Source: a phage. Taken from it: a DNA stretch of 64,000 nt. The notes below the pieces were generated by a model that did not search any database, had not been told where the DNA came from, and saw nothing but the letters and a program-made list of their open reading frames with translations. Below are positions 41,969 to 52,223 of this stretch, one piece after another. Numbering within the stretch: the stretch's first letter is position 1; each line of letters starts with the position of its first letter. The translations under genes and the position numbers were made by a program. Location: the sequence record PV946933.1. One strand, written 5' to 3'.

Positions 41969-43088
41969 TTTTAACCTTAACTGGGTCTATTGTTTCCAGT
42001 TTCGTTGCATTAGTGAACATATATAGATGAGTTACTGAATTATTATTGGATAATTCGTGGATAACTTCATCAACGTAAAATTCTGTTTTAAATTGGTTTT
42101 TACTATCATTAAAAATAATTTTAACGCCAGGTGTCAAGTTAAAATTACCGACAGTAGAACATTTAGCATAGCCATCGTATTGCGCCATAGTTTGAAGACG
42201 AATAGCTTCTTCATATCCGTTCCTATAAGTCATTTCAGAATAAGCACCTGACCTTGACACTACAATAGAGTTTTCGCCCTTTCCTGTAGTAATCATTGGT
42301 ATTGAAGAATCTAAAAATGAATGCGCATAGATAGTAGCATTTTTCATTGGGTCACGTTTGTGAGGATTCGATTTAGTCAACCAAACGAAATCATATGCTA
42401 ATGGATATTTTAATTCTTGGATGAATTGACCTATTAAAGATGGCTCACCGACAATCATTGGATATGGTTCTTGATTTATCATCATATCATAGTCCATCAT
42501 GTTAACTCCCATGATGTCTTGCCACACAAATACAAATTTGTCGCTTCCTACAGCTAGACCAACTTCTCTTACATAGGACAAATAATTTTCAAATGTACTA
42601 GTCCATGGAATATCAGGAACATAAGCATTTATAGCATTTATTGCTGGAGTTAATAATGTGCGATCTTGATAAATGACGCCAAGCATTTCCTTTATAGATT
42701 CACCTGCATCAGAGAAAAACGGTCTGCCAAATTTAAGATTTTCTATAGAATGAATAGTTCCCAATTCAATAGCAATGATGTTATCACCCTTTGAATCTAC
42801 TGACACGGAAAAATGCTTACACCCATAAATTCGTGTTTTAACATTATTAATATCGTTTGCATTAGCTACAGAAATCTGAATTATTTCATTTCCATCCATT
42901 TTTGTATGGATATTTTTAGAATCATAAAACTGCAGCATTCCTTCATTTCGGCCATAAAGAGAATCCCGCATAGTTAATGTGGTAATAGTAGCAGCTAATT
43001 CAACAAATCTATTATTACTCCAAGCGTCGTAGCTATCAAATAATTTAACGCTGAGATTTGGATATCCTGGGCGTTGCAACATACTCAT
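41913..43088 (-). CDS. 27: gp27 baseplate hub subunit
   Basis: 391 aa. Confidence 0.93.
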   Translation of the reverse strand: MSMLQRPGYPNLSVKLFDSYDAWSNNRFVELAATITTLTMRDSLYGRNEGMLQFYDSKNIHTKMDGNEIIQISVANANDINNVKTRIYGCKHFSVSVDSKGDNIIAIELGTIHSIENLKFGRPFFSDAGESIKEMLGVIYQDRTLLTPAINAINAYVPDIPWTSTFENYLSYVREVGLAVGSDKFVFVWQDIMGVNMMDYDMMINQEPYPMIVGEPSLIGQFIQELKYPLAYDFVWLTKSNPHKRDPMKNATIYAHSFLDSSIPMITTGKGENSIVVSRSGAYSEMTYRNGYEEAIRLQTMAQYDGYAKCSTVGNFNLTPGVKIIFNDSKNQFKTEFYVDEVIHELSNNNSVTHLYMFTNATKLETIDPVKVKNEFKSDTTTEESSSSNKQ

Positions 43089-43837
43089 TATTGTTTATCC
43101 TTCTCAATCAGTTTTAATACGAATCCGCGCTCAGCAGGAATCATTTTCATTATTGAATTTAAGCTATAATTACTTTTTACGAGCGTGTGATTGATTTGAT
43201 AAAAAGTAAATATTTCATCTGGGTTAACTAATAGCTTAAATACATCTACTATATCAGTGTATTTTTTTACATACTTATTACAACACGACATATGCAATGT
43301 TAAATTAATAGGATTCATTGCATCGAGAATTTTTTCTAATGTTTCTATCTCGATTGCATCAACAAGTTCTATTTGACTTGATTCGCTAATTTCCTTCCAA
43401 TCATACCATGTTTCATCTACTTGAACAGAATGAATATTTTCAGTAATCATCTTTGCTTTATTTTCATAAAACTCAGAAGGAAACTTTAATTTAATTTTAA
43501 CATTAGCTACATCAAAAACAGGTTCCTTTAATTCTTTTTGATATATTTCAAATGGAACTGTCTTTTCTTTTTTACATTTTGGACATACAAATGTGACCGG
43601 TACTTTAGTTTTACCTATTGACCCTACAAATACCTGCAAAAATATAAATGGTTGCCAAGTCTTCGGATAGTCTCCAAAATAATCAGCAATTAAATCAGCA
43701 ATTATTTCTTTTTGTTCTTGTGGTGACCGATGTTCTATATCGTTTCGAACTAACAAAAAATCTCGATAATCTTCTACCGTAAATGGTTTAAAACGATGAA
43801 CACCATCTGGTAATTTACAACGAATAATGTTTGCCAT
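43088..43837 (-). CDS. 51: gp51 baseplate hub assembly catalyst
   Basis: 249 aa. Confidence 0.9.
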   Translation of the reverse strand: MANIIRCKLPDGVHRFKPFTVEDYRDFLLVRNDIEHRSPQEQKEIIADLIADYFGDYPKTWQPFIFLQVFVGSIGKTKVPVTFVCPKCKKEKTVPFEIYQKELKEPVFDVANVKIKLKFPSEFYENKAKMITENIHSVQVDETWYDWKEISESSQIELVDAIEIETLEKILDAMNPINLTLHMSCCNKYVKKYTDIVDVFKLLVNPDEIFTFYQINHTLVKSNYSLNSIMKMIPAERGFVLKLIEKDKQ

Positions 43838-43854
43838 AGATGCTCCTTTTATTC

Positions 43855-43862
43855 TATTTATA
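43855..43862 (-). promoter_or_regulatory. late promoter TATAAATA for gene 51
   Basis: plus-strand TATTTATA 18 bp upstream of gp51 ATG. Confidence 0.6.
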
Positions 43863-43866
43863 AATA
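43859..43866 (+). promoter_or_regulatory. late promoter TATAAATA for gene 26, overlapping the divergent gene 51 promoter
   Basis: TATTTATAAATA palindrome gives TATAAATA on both strands. Confidence 0.6.
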
Positions 43867-43887
43867 TGATAAATAAAGGAGCTAAAT

Positions 43888-44514
43888 ATGTATGAATACA
43901 AATTTGATGTGAGAGTTGGTTCTAAAATAATCAACTGTCGCGCATTTACTCTTAAAGAATATCTAGAACTTATTACTGCTAAAAAGAACGGTTCAGTAGA
44001 AGAGATCGTTAAAAAGCTAATCAAAGACTGTACAAATGCAAAAGATTTAAACCGCCAAGAATCAGAACTACTGCTGATTCATTTATGGGCGCATTCTCTT
44101 GGAGAAGTTAATCACGAAAACTCCTGGAAGTGCACCTGTGGAACTGAAATACCAACCCATATAAATCTATTACATACACAGATAGATGCACCAGAAGACC
44201 TCTGGTATACACTGGGTGACATTAAAATTAAGTTCCATTACCCTAAAATTTTTGATGATAAAAATATAGCCCACATGATAGTATCATGCATAGAAACGAT
44301 TCATGCTAACGGTGAAAGCATTCCAATTGAAGACTTGAATGAAAAAGAGTTGGAAGATTTATATTCTATCATCACAGAGTCAGATATTGTAGCTATAAAA
44401 GATATGCTTTTAAAGCCTACTGTGTATTTGGCTGTTCCAATTAAATGTCCAGAGTGTGGAAAATCTCACGCTCATGTAATAAGAGGACTCAAAGAATTCT
44501 TTGAGCTATTGTAA
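43888..44514 (+). CDS. 26: gp26 baseplate hub subunit
   Basis: 208 aa. Confidence 0.9.
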   Translation: MYEYKFDVRVGSKIINCRAFTLKEYLELITAKKNGSVEEIVKKLIKDCTNAKDLNRQESELLLIHLWAHSLGEVNHENSWKCTCGTEIPTHINLLHTQIDAPEDLWYTLGDIKIKFHYPKIFDDKNIAHMIVSCIETIHANGESIPIEDLNEKELEDLYSIITESDIVAIKDMLLKPTVYLAVPIKCPECGKSHAHVIRGLKEFFELL

Positions 44515-44912
44515 TGGCAAATATTAATAAGCTTTATTCTGACATTGACCCAGAAATGAAAATGGATTGGGACAAAGACGTTTCCAGATCCCTTGGATTA
44601 AGGTCAATTAAAAATAGCCTTTTGGGAATTATTACAACCAGAAAAGGGTCGAGACCATTTGACCCGGAATTTGGATGTGATTTATCTGACCAGCTTTTTG
44701 AGAATATGACTCCTCTTACTGCTGATACTGTTGAGCGTAACATTGAAAGCGCAGTAAGAAACTACGAGCCACGTATTGATAAATTAGCAGTTAATGTAAT
44801 ACCAGTTTATGATGATTATACTCTGATAGTAGAAATACGCTTTTCGGTCATCGATAACCCTGATGATATTGAACAGATAAAACTACAACTGGCTTCCAGT
44901 AACAGAGTATAA
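44514..44912 (+). CDS. 25: gp25 baseplate wedge protein
   Basis: 132 aa [28 protein letters not shown]... Confidence 0.93.
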   Translation: MANINKLYSDIDPEMKMDWDKDVSRSLGLRSIKNSLLGIITTRKGSRPFDPEFGCDLSDQLFENMTPLTADTVERNIESAVRNYEPRIDKLAVNVIPVYDDYTLIVEIRFSVIDNPDDIEQIKLQLASSNRV

Positions 44913-44938
44913 TGCTTCACGTATAAACATGGTATAAT
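44911..44938 (+). promoter_or_regulatory. middle promoter (MotA box AATGCTTCA, -10 TATAAT) for uvsY
   Basis: box 44911-44919, TATAAT 44933-44938. Confidence 0.6.
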
Positions 44939-44978
44939 GAATCTAAGTCCATCCAATAACAATTGAATAGAGAACAAT

Positions 44979-45392
44979 ATGAAATTAGAAGATCTTCAAG
45001 AAGAATTGAAGAAAGATGTGTTTATAGATTCGACTAAATTACAGTATGAAGCAGCTAATAATGTGATGTTATATAGTAAATGGCTTAATAAGCATTCAAG
45101 TATTAAAAAGGAAATGCTTAGAATTGACGCACAGAAAAAAGTTGCTCTTAAAGCTAAATTAGACTACTACTCGGGACGAGGAGATGGTGATGAATTTAGT
45201 ATGGATCGTTATGAGAAATCAGAAATGAAGACAGTTCTATCAGCCGATAAGGATGTTTTAAAAGTTGATACTTCATTACAATATTGGGGAATTTTATTAG
45301 ATTTCTGTAGCGGAGCTCTTGATGCTATTAAATCACGCGGATTTGCTATTAAGCATATTCAAGACATGCGAGCATTTGAGGCTGGAAAATAA
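44979..45392 (+). CDS. uvsY: UvsY recombination mediator
   Basis: 137 aa MKLEDLQEELKKDVFIDSTKLQYEAANN... Confidence 0.95.
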   Translation: MKLEDLQEELKKDVFIDSTKLQYEAANNVMLYSKWLNKHSSIKKEMLRIDAQKKVALKAKLDYYSGRGDGDEFSMDRYEKSEMKTVLSADKDVLKVDTSLQYWGILLDFCSGALDAIKSRGFAIKHIQDMRAFEAGK

Positions 45393-45616
45393 TGAGATAT
45401 AGCATTGATGATGCTTTTAATTATGAAGAAGAATTTGAAACGGAAATTCAATTCTTAATGAAAAAGTATAATCTCAAGCGTCAGGATATTCGTATCCTGG
45501 CCGACCACCCATGCGGTGAAGATGTCCTTTATATTAAAGGAAAATTTGCCGGATATCTTGATGAATATTTTTATTCTAAAGATATGGGCATTGATATGCA
45601 TATGAGAGTTATATAA
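45392..45616 (+). CDS. hypothetical protein (uvsY.-1-like)
   Basis: 74 aa. Confidence 0.6.
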   Translation: MRYSIDDAFNYEEEFETEIQFLMKKYNLKRQDIRILADHPCGEDVLYIKGKFAGYLDEYFYSKDMGIDMHMRVI

Positions 45617-45619
45617 ATA
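45612..45619 (+). promoter_or_regulatory. late promoter TATAAATA
   Basis: exact match 26 bp upstream of small ORF ATG 45645. Confidence 0.5.
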
Positions 45620-45644
45620 GATATATAATTTAGAGGAGACAATC

Positions 45645-45788
45645 ATGTCAGATAAGATTTGTGTTGTCTGTAAAACTCCAATCGATTCTGCATTGGTTGT
45701 TGAAACAGACAAAGGTCCTGTACATCCTGGGCCTTGTTATAATTACATTAAAGAACTACCAGTTTCAGAAAGTTCGGAAGAACAATTA
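45645..45788 (+). CDS. small Cys-containing protein, 47 aa (uvsY.-2-like); below ORF-track cutoff
   Basis: manual translation MSDKICVVCKTPIDSALVVETDKGPVHPGPCYNYIKELPVSESSEDN; SD GAGGAG. Confidence 0.45.
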
Positions 45789-45834
45789 AATGAAACACAA
45801 CTTTTGCTATAGTGTGACCTTTAGTCTATAGTTT

Positions 45835-45864
45835 TGGCCCTTCCTTTTTGGTTGGGCCTTTTTT
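45835..45864 (+). terminator. rho-independent terminator after uvsY operon
   Basis: GGCCC...GGGCC stem followed by TTTTTTT. Confidence 0.65.
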
Positions 45865-45868
45865 TAAT

Positions 45869-46099
45869 TTAAAAGCTTTCTTCTACTTCATCGTCTGAAT
45901 CTTCTAATTCAGCTCTTTTTCCTGCCAAAGCATCTCTGACTGAGATGTCATCAGTATCTTTTAATTCAGTTTCTTTGACTCTTTTCTTATAATAAGCTTC
46001 AAGTTCTTCTAAACCTTCTAATGTTTGGCATGATGCAATTTTACCCATAAATTCATCAATAGAAGCTTCATAAAGAAATTGTTTAAATTCTAGTAACAT
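45869..46099 (-). CDS. uvsW.1: UvsW.1 small acidic protein
   Basis: 76 aa from ATG 46099 (MLLEFKQFLYEASIDEF...); track start 46111 is TTG. Confidence 0.8.
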   Translation of the reverse strand: MLLEFKQFLYEASIDEFMGKIASCQTLEGLEELEAYYKKRVKETELKDTDDISVRDALAGKRAELEDSDDEVEESF

Positions 46100-46124
46100 C
46101 TTTTTCTCCAAAGGGCCGAAGCCC

Positions 46125-47636
46125 TTATAAATTAACTGTTTTCATTACGTAATTAAATTTTTCATCTGCATAGCGCTGAATACGATCAATGCCGTGTTTT
46201 AAAAGATAATTCAAATGAACATATTTCTTTTTCGTATTAGCAGATTTTGGCTTAACACCGCAATCATCTATGAGGTCCCAGACCGTTGCGATTGTTTTAG
46301 AACCATGCTTACGTAATACGCGACCTATTGTTTGCAATACAATAATTTTAGATTTAACACCGTGTGCTAAAACAACGTGATGCAGATTTTTAACTGAAAT
46401 ACCAGTAGAAAATACACCATAACTAGCTACTATAATTATTCCTTTACCGTTTTCAGCTAGGGTTTTCATTACGTTGCGTGTTTCGGTATCAACTTCCCCT
46501 GATACGTAATAAACTTTATCGTATTCATTTTTAATTAAATCGAAAATAGCTTTACCGTGCGATACGTGTTTAAACATGACAAAAGCGTTTTCATCTTTTT
46601 GCGCAAGTTTAATAGCTAATTTAGCGATCCATTTATTTCTTTTACTGAGCCCAGTAATAATTTTTATTTCTTCTTGGTAAGTTTTTCCCTTTAATTTAGT
46701 AGTGAACTCATCAGGATAACGAAGAAAAATACTATTAATTTTTAACTCAGTTACTTGTCCATCTTCCATTAATTTAGAAGTCGTTACTGGCTTAAATATT
46801 TCACCAAACATTCCAACATACTGCATGATATTAGCTTTGCCATCACGCAATGAACCTGATAGACCAAATTTGAACATGCAGTTATTTAAACCTGATATGA
46901 TAGATGAAATGCTTTTTCCTGTAGCAAGATGGCATTCATCATTCATCATCATTCCAAATTGTGAAAACCATTCTTTTGGTTGTTTTACTACAGTTTGCCA
47001 TGTACCAACAACGACTGGCGCATCATTTTTATATTTATCATCTTTTGATGCTCCACCACCGATTTTCTTTATCATTGCATGACTGAATAAACGATAATCA
47101 ACAAAGTCATCAGCCATCTGAGTTGTTAAAGCAGTTGTTGGAACAATGATAAGAATTTTACCTTCATAATTTTCCAAATAATATCGAGCAAGCAAAGCTT
47201 GAATTAAAGATTTACCTGCGGATGTTGGAAGATTAAGAATTCTACGACGATTAACTAATCCTTCGAACACTGCATCTTTTTGATACCAGTGCGGTTCAAT
47301 TCTTTTATTTCCTGAATAGATTTCTAATTTAGAAAGCCATTCATCAAAATCTTTTCTTGATAATTCTTCTTTTTCGTTAATCTGTGGGTCAATCCAAGCT
47401 TTATAGCCAAAGTTATCACAGAACTTTTTAATTTGCCCGACTAAGCCAAACGGAAGAAGGCGATTATAATCTAAAAGACGGATTCGTCCATCCCAGTGAC
47501 CATATTTGTATTTCGGATTAAACCGATACCCATCAGCTTCAAAGCTAAAGAAATCACGGAGTTCATGAAATGTACTTTCTTCACAATCAATTCTCACGTG
47601 ACTAAAATCATAAAAATGTACTTTAATGTCAGTCAT
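46125..47636 (-). CDS. uvsW: UvsW RNA-DNA/DNA helicase
   Basis: 503 aa; helicase motifs PTSAGKS, DECH. Confidence 0.95.
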   Translation of the reverse strand: MTDIKVHFYDFSHVRIDCEESTFHELRDFFSFEADGYRFNPKYKYGHWDGRIRLLDYNRLLPFGLVGQIKKFCDNFGYKAWIDPQINEKEELSRKDFDEWLSKLEIYSGNKRIEPHWYQKDAVFEGLVNRRRILNLPTSAGKSLIQALLARYYLENYEGKILIIVPTTALTTQMADDFVDYRLFSHAMIKKIGGGASKDDKYKNDAPVVVGTWQTVVKQPKEWFSQFGMMMNDECHLATGKSISSIISGLNNCMFKFGLSGSLRDGKANIMQYVGMFGEIFKPVTTSKLMEDGQVTELKINSIFLRYPDEFTTKLKGKTYQEEIKIITGLSKRNKWIAKLAIKLAQKDENAFVMFKHVSHGKAIFDLIKNEYDKVYYVSGEVDTETRNVMKTLAENGKGIIIVASYGVFSTGISVKNLHHVVLAHGVKSKIIVLQTIGRVLRKHGSKTIATVWDLIDDCGVKPKSANTKKKYVHLNYLLKHGIDRIQRYADEKFNYVMKTVNL

Positions 47637-47665
47637 GTCTAAATACCATGTAATAAATATATCTA

Positions 47666-47673
47666 TATTTATA
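47666..47673 (-). promoter_or_regulatory. late promoter TATAAATA for uvsW
   Basis: plus-strand TATTTATA 30 bp upstream of uvsW ATG. Confidence 0.55.
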
Positions 47674-47686
47674 CTGAGGAAATATT

Positions 47687-48367
47687 ATGATAGATAAAGA
47701 TTATATTGCAGAGCTGAAGGCTCTTGATGATAATAAAGAAGCTAAAGCTAAATTAGCTGAATATGCTGAACAGTTTGGTATAAAGGTCAAAAAGAATAAA
47801 TCTTTTGATAATATCGTTGTTGATATTGAAGAAGCCCTCCAGAAGCTCGCTAGTGAACCTATGCCAGAGACTGATGGGTTATCTATTAAAGACTTAATCA
47901 ATGCTGCTGATGCTGCAGAGGGATTAAAATATGACGATGAAGAAGTCAATCCAGAGGCAGCACTTCTGATTGATTCTCCGGTTAAATCTGATATTAAAAT
48001 TGAAGTAGTCGAAACGGATAAAATTCCTGAAAATACCGATGTTTTGATTGAAGATACTCCTTTTGTTGAAGAAAAATTCGAACAGGCTGTAGCTGAGATT
48101 ATTGAATCTGAAAAGCCGTCTGTATTTACTCTTCCGGAAAACTTTAGTCCGAATCTTCAGCTGATTGGAAAAAATCCAGGATTCTGCACTGTTCCTTGGT
48201 GGATTTACCAGTGGATTGCTGAAACTCCGGATTGGAAATCTCACCCAACTAGTTTTGAACACGCGTCGGCACATCAAACTTTATTTAGCTTAATTTACTA
48301 CATTAACCGCGACGGATCAGTTCTAATTCGTGAAACACGCAACTCTTCTTTCGTAACATTAAAATAA
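47687..48367 (+). CDS. inh: Inh, inhibitor of prohead protease
   Basis: 226 aa ORF at the T4 inh position next to hoc. Confidence 0.8.
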   Translation: MIDKDYIAELKALDDNKEAKAKLAEYAEQFGIKVKKNKSFDNIVVDIEEALQKLASEPMPETDGLSIKDLINAADAAEGLKYDDEEVNPEAALLIDSPVKSDIKIEVVETDKIPENTDVLIEDTPFVEEKFEQAVAEIIESEKPSVFTLPENFSPNLQLIGKNPGFCTVPWWIYQWIAETPDWKSHPTSFEHASAHQTLFSLIYYINRDGSVLIRETRNSSFVTLK

Positions 48368-48376
48368 GGATAACTT

Positions 48377-49228
48377 ATGGCTTTTACAGTTGATATAACT
48401 CCTAAAACACCTACTGGAGTTATAGATCAGACTCAGCAGTTTACTGCTACACCCAGTGGTGAAACTGGAGGTGGAACTATTACCTATGCTTGGACTGTAG
48501 ACGATGTTCCACAAGATGGGGCTGAAGCAACTTTTAGTTATGTACTAAAAGGACCTGCCGGTCAAAAGACTATTAAGGTGGTTGCAACAAATACAATTCC
48601 AGATACTGATGCTGAAACAGCAGAAGCTACTACAACTATCACAGTTCAAAATAAGACACAGACAACTACCTTGGCAGTAACTCCTGATAGTCTTGCTGCT
48701 GGAGTGATTGGAACTCCTGTTGAATTTACTGCTGCCTTAGCTTCTCAACCACCAGGCGCATCTGCTACGTATCAGTGGCATGTAGATGGTTCTCCTGTGA
48801 GCGAAGCAACTTCTGCTACATTCAATTACACTCCTTCCACAAGCGGAGTTAAAACAATTAAGTGTGTAGCTCAAGTAACTGCGGCAGATTATGATGCAAA
48901 GGAAGTTACTTCTAATGAAGTATCACTGACTGTGAATGATAAAGTTGCTCAAGAACCAGAAGGTGAATTACCTTATGTTCATCCTCTTCCACATCGTACT
49001 TCAGCTTACATCTGGTGCGGTTGGTGGGTTATGGATGAAATCCAAAAAATGACCGAAGAAGGTAAAGATTGGAAAACTGACGACCCAGATAGTAAGTACT
49101 ACTTGCATCGTTACACTCTTCAGAAGATGATGAAAGACTATCCAGAAGTTGATGTTCAAGAATCGCGTAATGGATACATCATTCATAAAACTGCTTTAGA
49201 AACTGGTATCATCTATACCTATCCATAA
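48377..49228 (+). CDS. hoc: Hoc outer capsid decoration protein (two Ig-like domains plus capsid-binding domain)
   Basis: 283 aa; MAFTVDITPKTPTGVIDQTQQFTATPSG...; C-terminus ...YIIHKTALETGIIYTYP. Confidence 0.9.
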   Translation: MAFTVDITPKTPTGVIDQTQQFTATPSGETGGGTITYAWTVDDVPQDGAEATFSYVLKGPAGQKTIKVVATNTIPDTDAETAEATTTITVQNKTQTTTLAVTPDSLAAGVIGTPVEFTAALASQPPGASATYQWHVDGSPVSEATSATFNYTPSTSGVKTIKCVAQVTAADYDAKEVTSNEVSLTVNDKVAQEPEGELPYVHPLPHRTSAYIWCGWWVMDEIQKMTEEGKDWKTDDPDSKYYLHRYTLQKMMKDYPEVDVQESRNGYIIHKTALETGIIYTYP

Positions 49229-49233
49229 TCTTA

Positions 49234-49258
49234 GGGGCTTCGGCCCCTTTCTTCATTT
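49234..49258 (+). terminator. rho-independent terminator after hoc
   Basis: GGGGC-TTCG-GCCCC followed by TTTCTTCATTTT. Confidence 0.75.
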
Positions 49259-49316
49259 TGAAAGCACACAAAACACAATCAGAAAATGATGTATATAATG
49301 GCACCAACTCGATAAC

Positions 49317-49532
49317 ATGAGATTGATTATGAGAACTGAGGTTGTGGTGTTTACTCTTCATGAGTCTGGAAAGTCATTCATTGAAATTGCTCGTGAATTG
49401 AACTTACAGGCGAAAGAAGTGGCTGTATTATGGGCTCGAGCTATGACTGCTAAAAATAAATTTGAGACTCGAGAAAAAGTTGTCTATAGAAAAAGACATA
49501 TTAATAAAAAGGTGAAAAATGGAACAGTATGA
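49317..49532 (+). CDS. hypothetical protein
   Basis: 71 aa ORF. Confidence 0.5.
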   Translation: MRLIMRTEVVVFTLHESGKSFIEIARELNLQAKEVAVLWARAMTAKNKFETREKVVYRKRHINKKVKNGTV

Positions 49533-49797
49533 TCTTTATGAAAATGAATCTTTTGCTAATCAATTACGCGAAAAAGCACTTAAAAGTAAACAGTTTAAAC
49601 TAGAGTGTTTTATTAAAGATTTTTCGGAACTTGCTAATAAATCAGCTGAGCAAGGTAAAACATATTTTAGTTATTATTGTACCGCTCGCGATAAATTGAT
49701 TACTGAAGAAATTGGTGATTGGCTGAGAAAAGAAGGATTTAGCTTTAAAGTCAATAGTGATCAGCGTGATGGTGATTGGTTAGAAATTACATTTTGA
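49519..49797 (+). CDS. hypothetical protein
   Basis: 92 aa ORF. Confidence 0.55.
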   Translation: MEQYDLYENESFANQLREKALKSKQFKLECFIKDFSELANKSAEQGKTYFSYYCTARDKLITEEIGDWLRKEGFSFKVNSDQRDGDWLEITF

Positions 49798-49806
49798 GGA
49801 TTAATT

Positions 49807-50811
49807 ATGTTTAAAAAGTATAGCAGTCTTGAAAATCATTACAATTCTAAATTCATTGAAAAACTTTACAGTTTAGGATTGACTGGCGGCGAATGGGTAG
49901 CTCGTGAAAAGATTCATGGCACAAATTTCTCACTGATTATTGAACGCGATAAAGCAACTTGTGCTAAACGTACTGGACCGATTCTTCCTGCTGAAGATTT
50001 CTTTGGGTATGAAATTATTCTAAAGAATTACGCTGATTCCATTAAAGCAGTACAAGATATTATGGAAACTTCGGCAGTTGTATCTTATCAAGTCTTCGGC
50101 GAATTCGCTGGACCTGGCATTCAGAAGAATGTTGATTATGGTGATAAAGATTTTTATGTATTTGACATTATTGTTACTACCGAAAGTGGTGATGTGACTT
50201 ATGTCGATGATTATATGATGGAATCATTCTGTAATACATTCAAATTTAAAATGGCTCCACTTTTAGGTCGCGGTAAATTTGAAGAGCTTATTAAATTGCC
50301 AAATGATTTAGATTCTGTCGTCCAAGATTATAATTTTACAGTAGACCATGCTGGATTAGTTGATGCAAATAAATGCGTTTGGAATGCCGAAGCAAAAGGC
50401 GAAGTATTTACCGCTGAAGGATATGTATTGAAACCTTGTTATCCTTCTTGGATGCCTAATGGCAATCGCGTAGCGATTAAATGCAAGAACTCTAAATTTA
50501 GTGAAAAGAAAAAGTCTGATAAGCCTATTAAAGCTAAAGTTGAACTGTCAGAAGCTGATAACAAATTGGTGGGAATTTTAGCTTGTTACGTTACACTGAA
50601 CCGAGTAAATAACGTTATTTCTAAAATTGGCGAAATTGGTCCGAAGGATTTTGGAAAGGTGATGGGACTAACTGTTCAAGATATTTTGGAAGAAACTTCT
50701 CGTGAAGGTATTACTCTAACTCAAGCGGATAATCCTTCTTTGATTAAAAAGGAATTAGTTAAAATGGTACAAGATGTACTTCGTCCAGCTTGGATTGAAT
50801 TGGTAAGTTAA
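49807..50811 (+). CDS. rnlB: RNA ligase 2
   Basis: 334 aa; nucleotidyltransferase motif EKIHGTN. Confidence 0.93.
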   Translation: MFKKYSSLENHYNSKFIEKLYSLGLTGGEWVAREKIHGTNFSLIIERDKATCAKRTGPILPAEDFFGYEIILKNYADSIKAVQDIMETSAVVSYQVFGEFAGPGIQKNVDYGDKDFYVFDIIVTTESGDVTYVDDYMMESFCNTFKFKMAPLLGRGKFEELIKLPNDLDSVVQDYNFTVDHAGLVDANKCVWNAEAKGEVFTAEGYVLKPCYPSWMPNGNRVAIKCKNSKFSEKKKSDKPIKAKVELSEADNKLVGILACYVTLNRVNNVISKIGEIGPKDFGKVMGLTVQDILEETSREGITLTQADNPSLIKKELVKMVQDVLRPAWIELVS

Positions 50812-50817
50812 ATAAAA

Positions 50818-50845
50818 AGGGACCTTTCGGTCCCTTTGTTTTATT
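50818..50845. terminator. bidirectional terminator between rnlB and gene 24
   Basis: AGGGACC-TTTC-GGTCCCT with T-runs on both strands. Confidence 0.75.
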
Positions 50846-52124
50846 CATCAACGATAATTTTTGGTAGCTTAACACCTAATAAAACAGACAAATCTGAACG
50901 ACCCGCCATTTTATCCATGTCTCCACCATCAATTATTCTTGCTTCTTTTTCGTCTTTTGCTACAGTGTAAGGATTTGCAGATAAAGCATATCTAACCAAT
51001 AAACCGATAGATGGCTGCAAACTTTCTGGATCAACTACAACTTTAAATGCACCTACATGTTCAGGGTCATCTAAGTCAAGACCTTCTGTATACGGAGCAT
51101 AGAAAATTGATCCGACAATTTCTTTTTCGCCAATATTTTCTACCACGCCAACGATTACATAATCTAATGGGCTGTTAGTATCGCAATAAAGCGGTAAACC
51201 ATTAGCTAAGAACCCATAGGCATTTTGTGAAAGATATTTATCATCTTCTGGTTTATGTTTTAACCAACCTGATGCAGCAAGAATCGCAGCGGCACGAGCT
51301 GAAGCAACACAGAACGTTGCTGTATAAGTTGATTCTTTTTGGATATGCGAAACCATTTCACATACCATTCGGTATAATGAACGACCGGCTTCAGGTGCAG
51401 ATGCATAACTCAAATCAATGAATCCGGTATCAGTAATTCCTGTAACTTTATAGCGTTTTGACACTGTAATCAAAGACTGTAGAATATCTTTATTGATTTC
51501 ATCCGCCATTTCAGTTGCAAGCAAATCTTCCAAGAAATTAGGAGCATCGAATCCATTTGCTTCTAAATCTTGTGCTAATTCAACTGTAATGCCAGTTTTA
51601 AGTTTACGAGATTTAACTGCGGTTTGCCATTTATTAATCTGGAATCTAGCATCAGCAATTTCGCTATCAGAGCTTTCAAATTTGCTCGTTGACGCTGCGT
51701 CAGAAAATAGACGAACCTTTAAAAGAACAATTGCAATCTGAAGAGCTAGTTCTAAATCGCTTTCTTCAATGGTAGCAAAAGGTGTATCTTCTAATACTTT
51801 ATAAACGATATTATTATATTTGAATAAATCGCCTTTATTGAGAGTTAATTTAGACTCTTCTGTTAATTCTGTGATTTGTTCTCGGTCTACATACCCAGCT
51901 TCGCCAGCGTAAGTAGCACCAGTTTTAAATGTAAATTCATTATCTGGGTTAAGGTATTTGATACCATAAAAAGCAGCAACAGGTTGATTAGTTCTTTGCG
52001 TTGCTACAATGTCAGAATATATTAATTTAGTGGTAGCGCGAGTCAAAGCAACGAGATTTGGGCGACCGATTGAGTTGCTATTCGTTGTGGTTGATTCGCG
52101 CAGAAGTTCGTTGATTTTAGCCAT
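50841..52124 (-). CDS. 24: gp24 capsid vertex protein
   Basis: 427 aa MAKINELLRESTTTNSNSIGRPNLVALTR... Confidence 0.95.
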   Translation of the reverse strand: MAKINELLRESTTTNSNSIGRPNLVALTRATTKLIYSDIVATQRTNQPVAAFYGIKYLNPDNEFTFKTGATYAGEAGYVDREQITELTEESKLTLNKGDLFKYNNIVYKVLEDTPFATIEESDLELALQIAIVLLKVRLFSDAASTSKFESSDSEIADARFQINKWQTAVKSRKLKTGITVELAQDLEANGFDAPNFLEDLLATEMADEINKDILQSLITVSKRYKVTGITDTGFIDLSYASAPEAGRSLYRMVCEMVSHIQKESTYTATFCVASARAAAILAASGWLKHKPEDDKYLSQNAYGFLANGLPLYCDTNSPLDYVIVGVVENIGEKEIVGSIFYAPYTEGLDLDDPEHVGAFKVVVDPESLQPSIGLLVRYALSANPYTVAKDEKEARIIDGGDMDKMAGRSDLSVLLGVKLPKIIVDE

Positions 52125-52151
52125 TGTATTTTCCTTGTTGAAATATAATAC

Positions 52152-52159
52152 TATTTATA
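52152..52159 (-). promoter_or_regulatory. late promoter TATAAATA for gene 24
   Basis: plus-strand TATTTATA 28 bp upstream of gp24 ATG. Confidence 0.6.
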
Positions 52160-52223
52160 AAGTTATTTACAAGACCAAAGTAATATGATATTATATTCAT
52201 ATACAAATGGAGTGGTGTTTAAA

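Noticed and set aside
49259-49316. Possible promoter for the ORF at 49317 (TATAAT near 49283)
   Set aside because: No convincing -35 element or MotA box at the right spacing; left uncalled.
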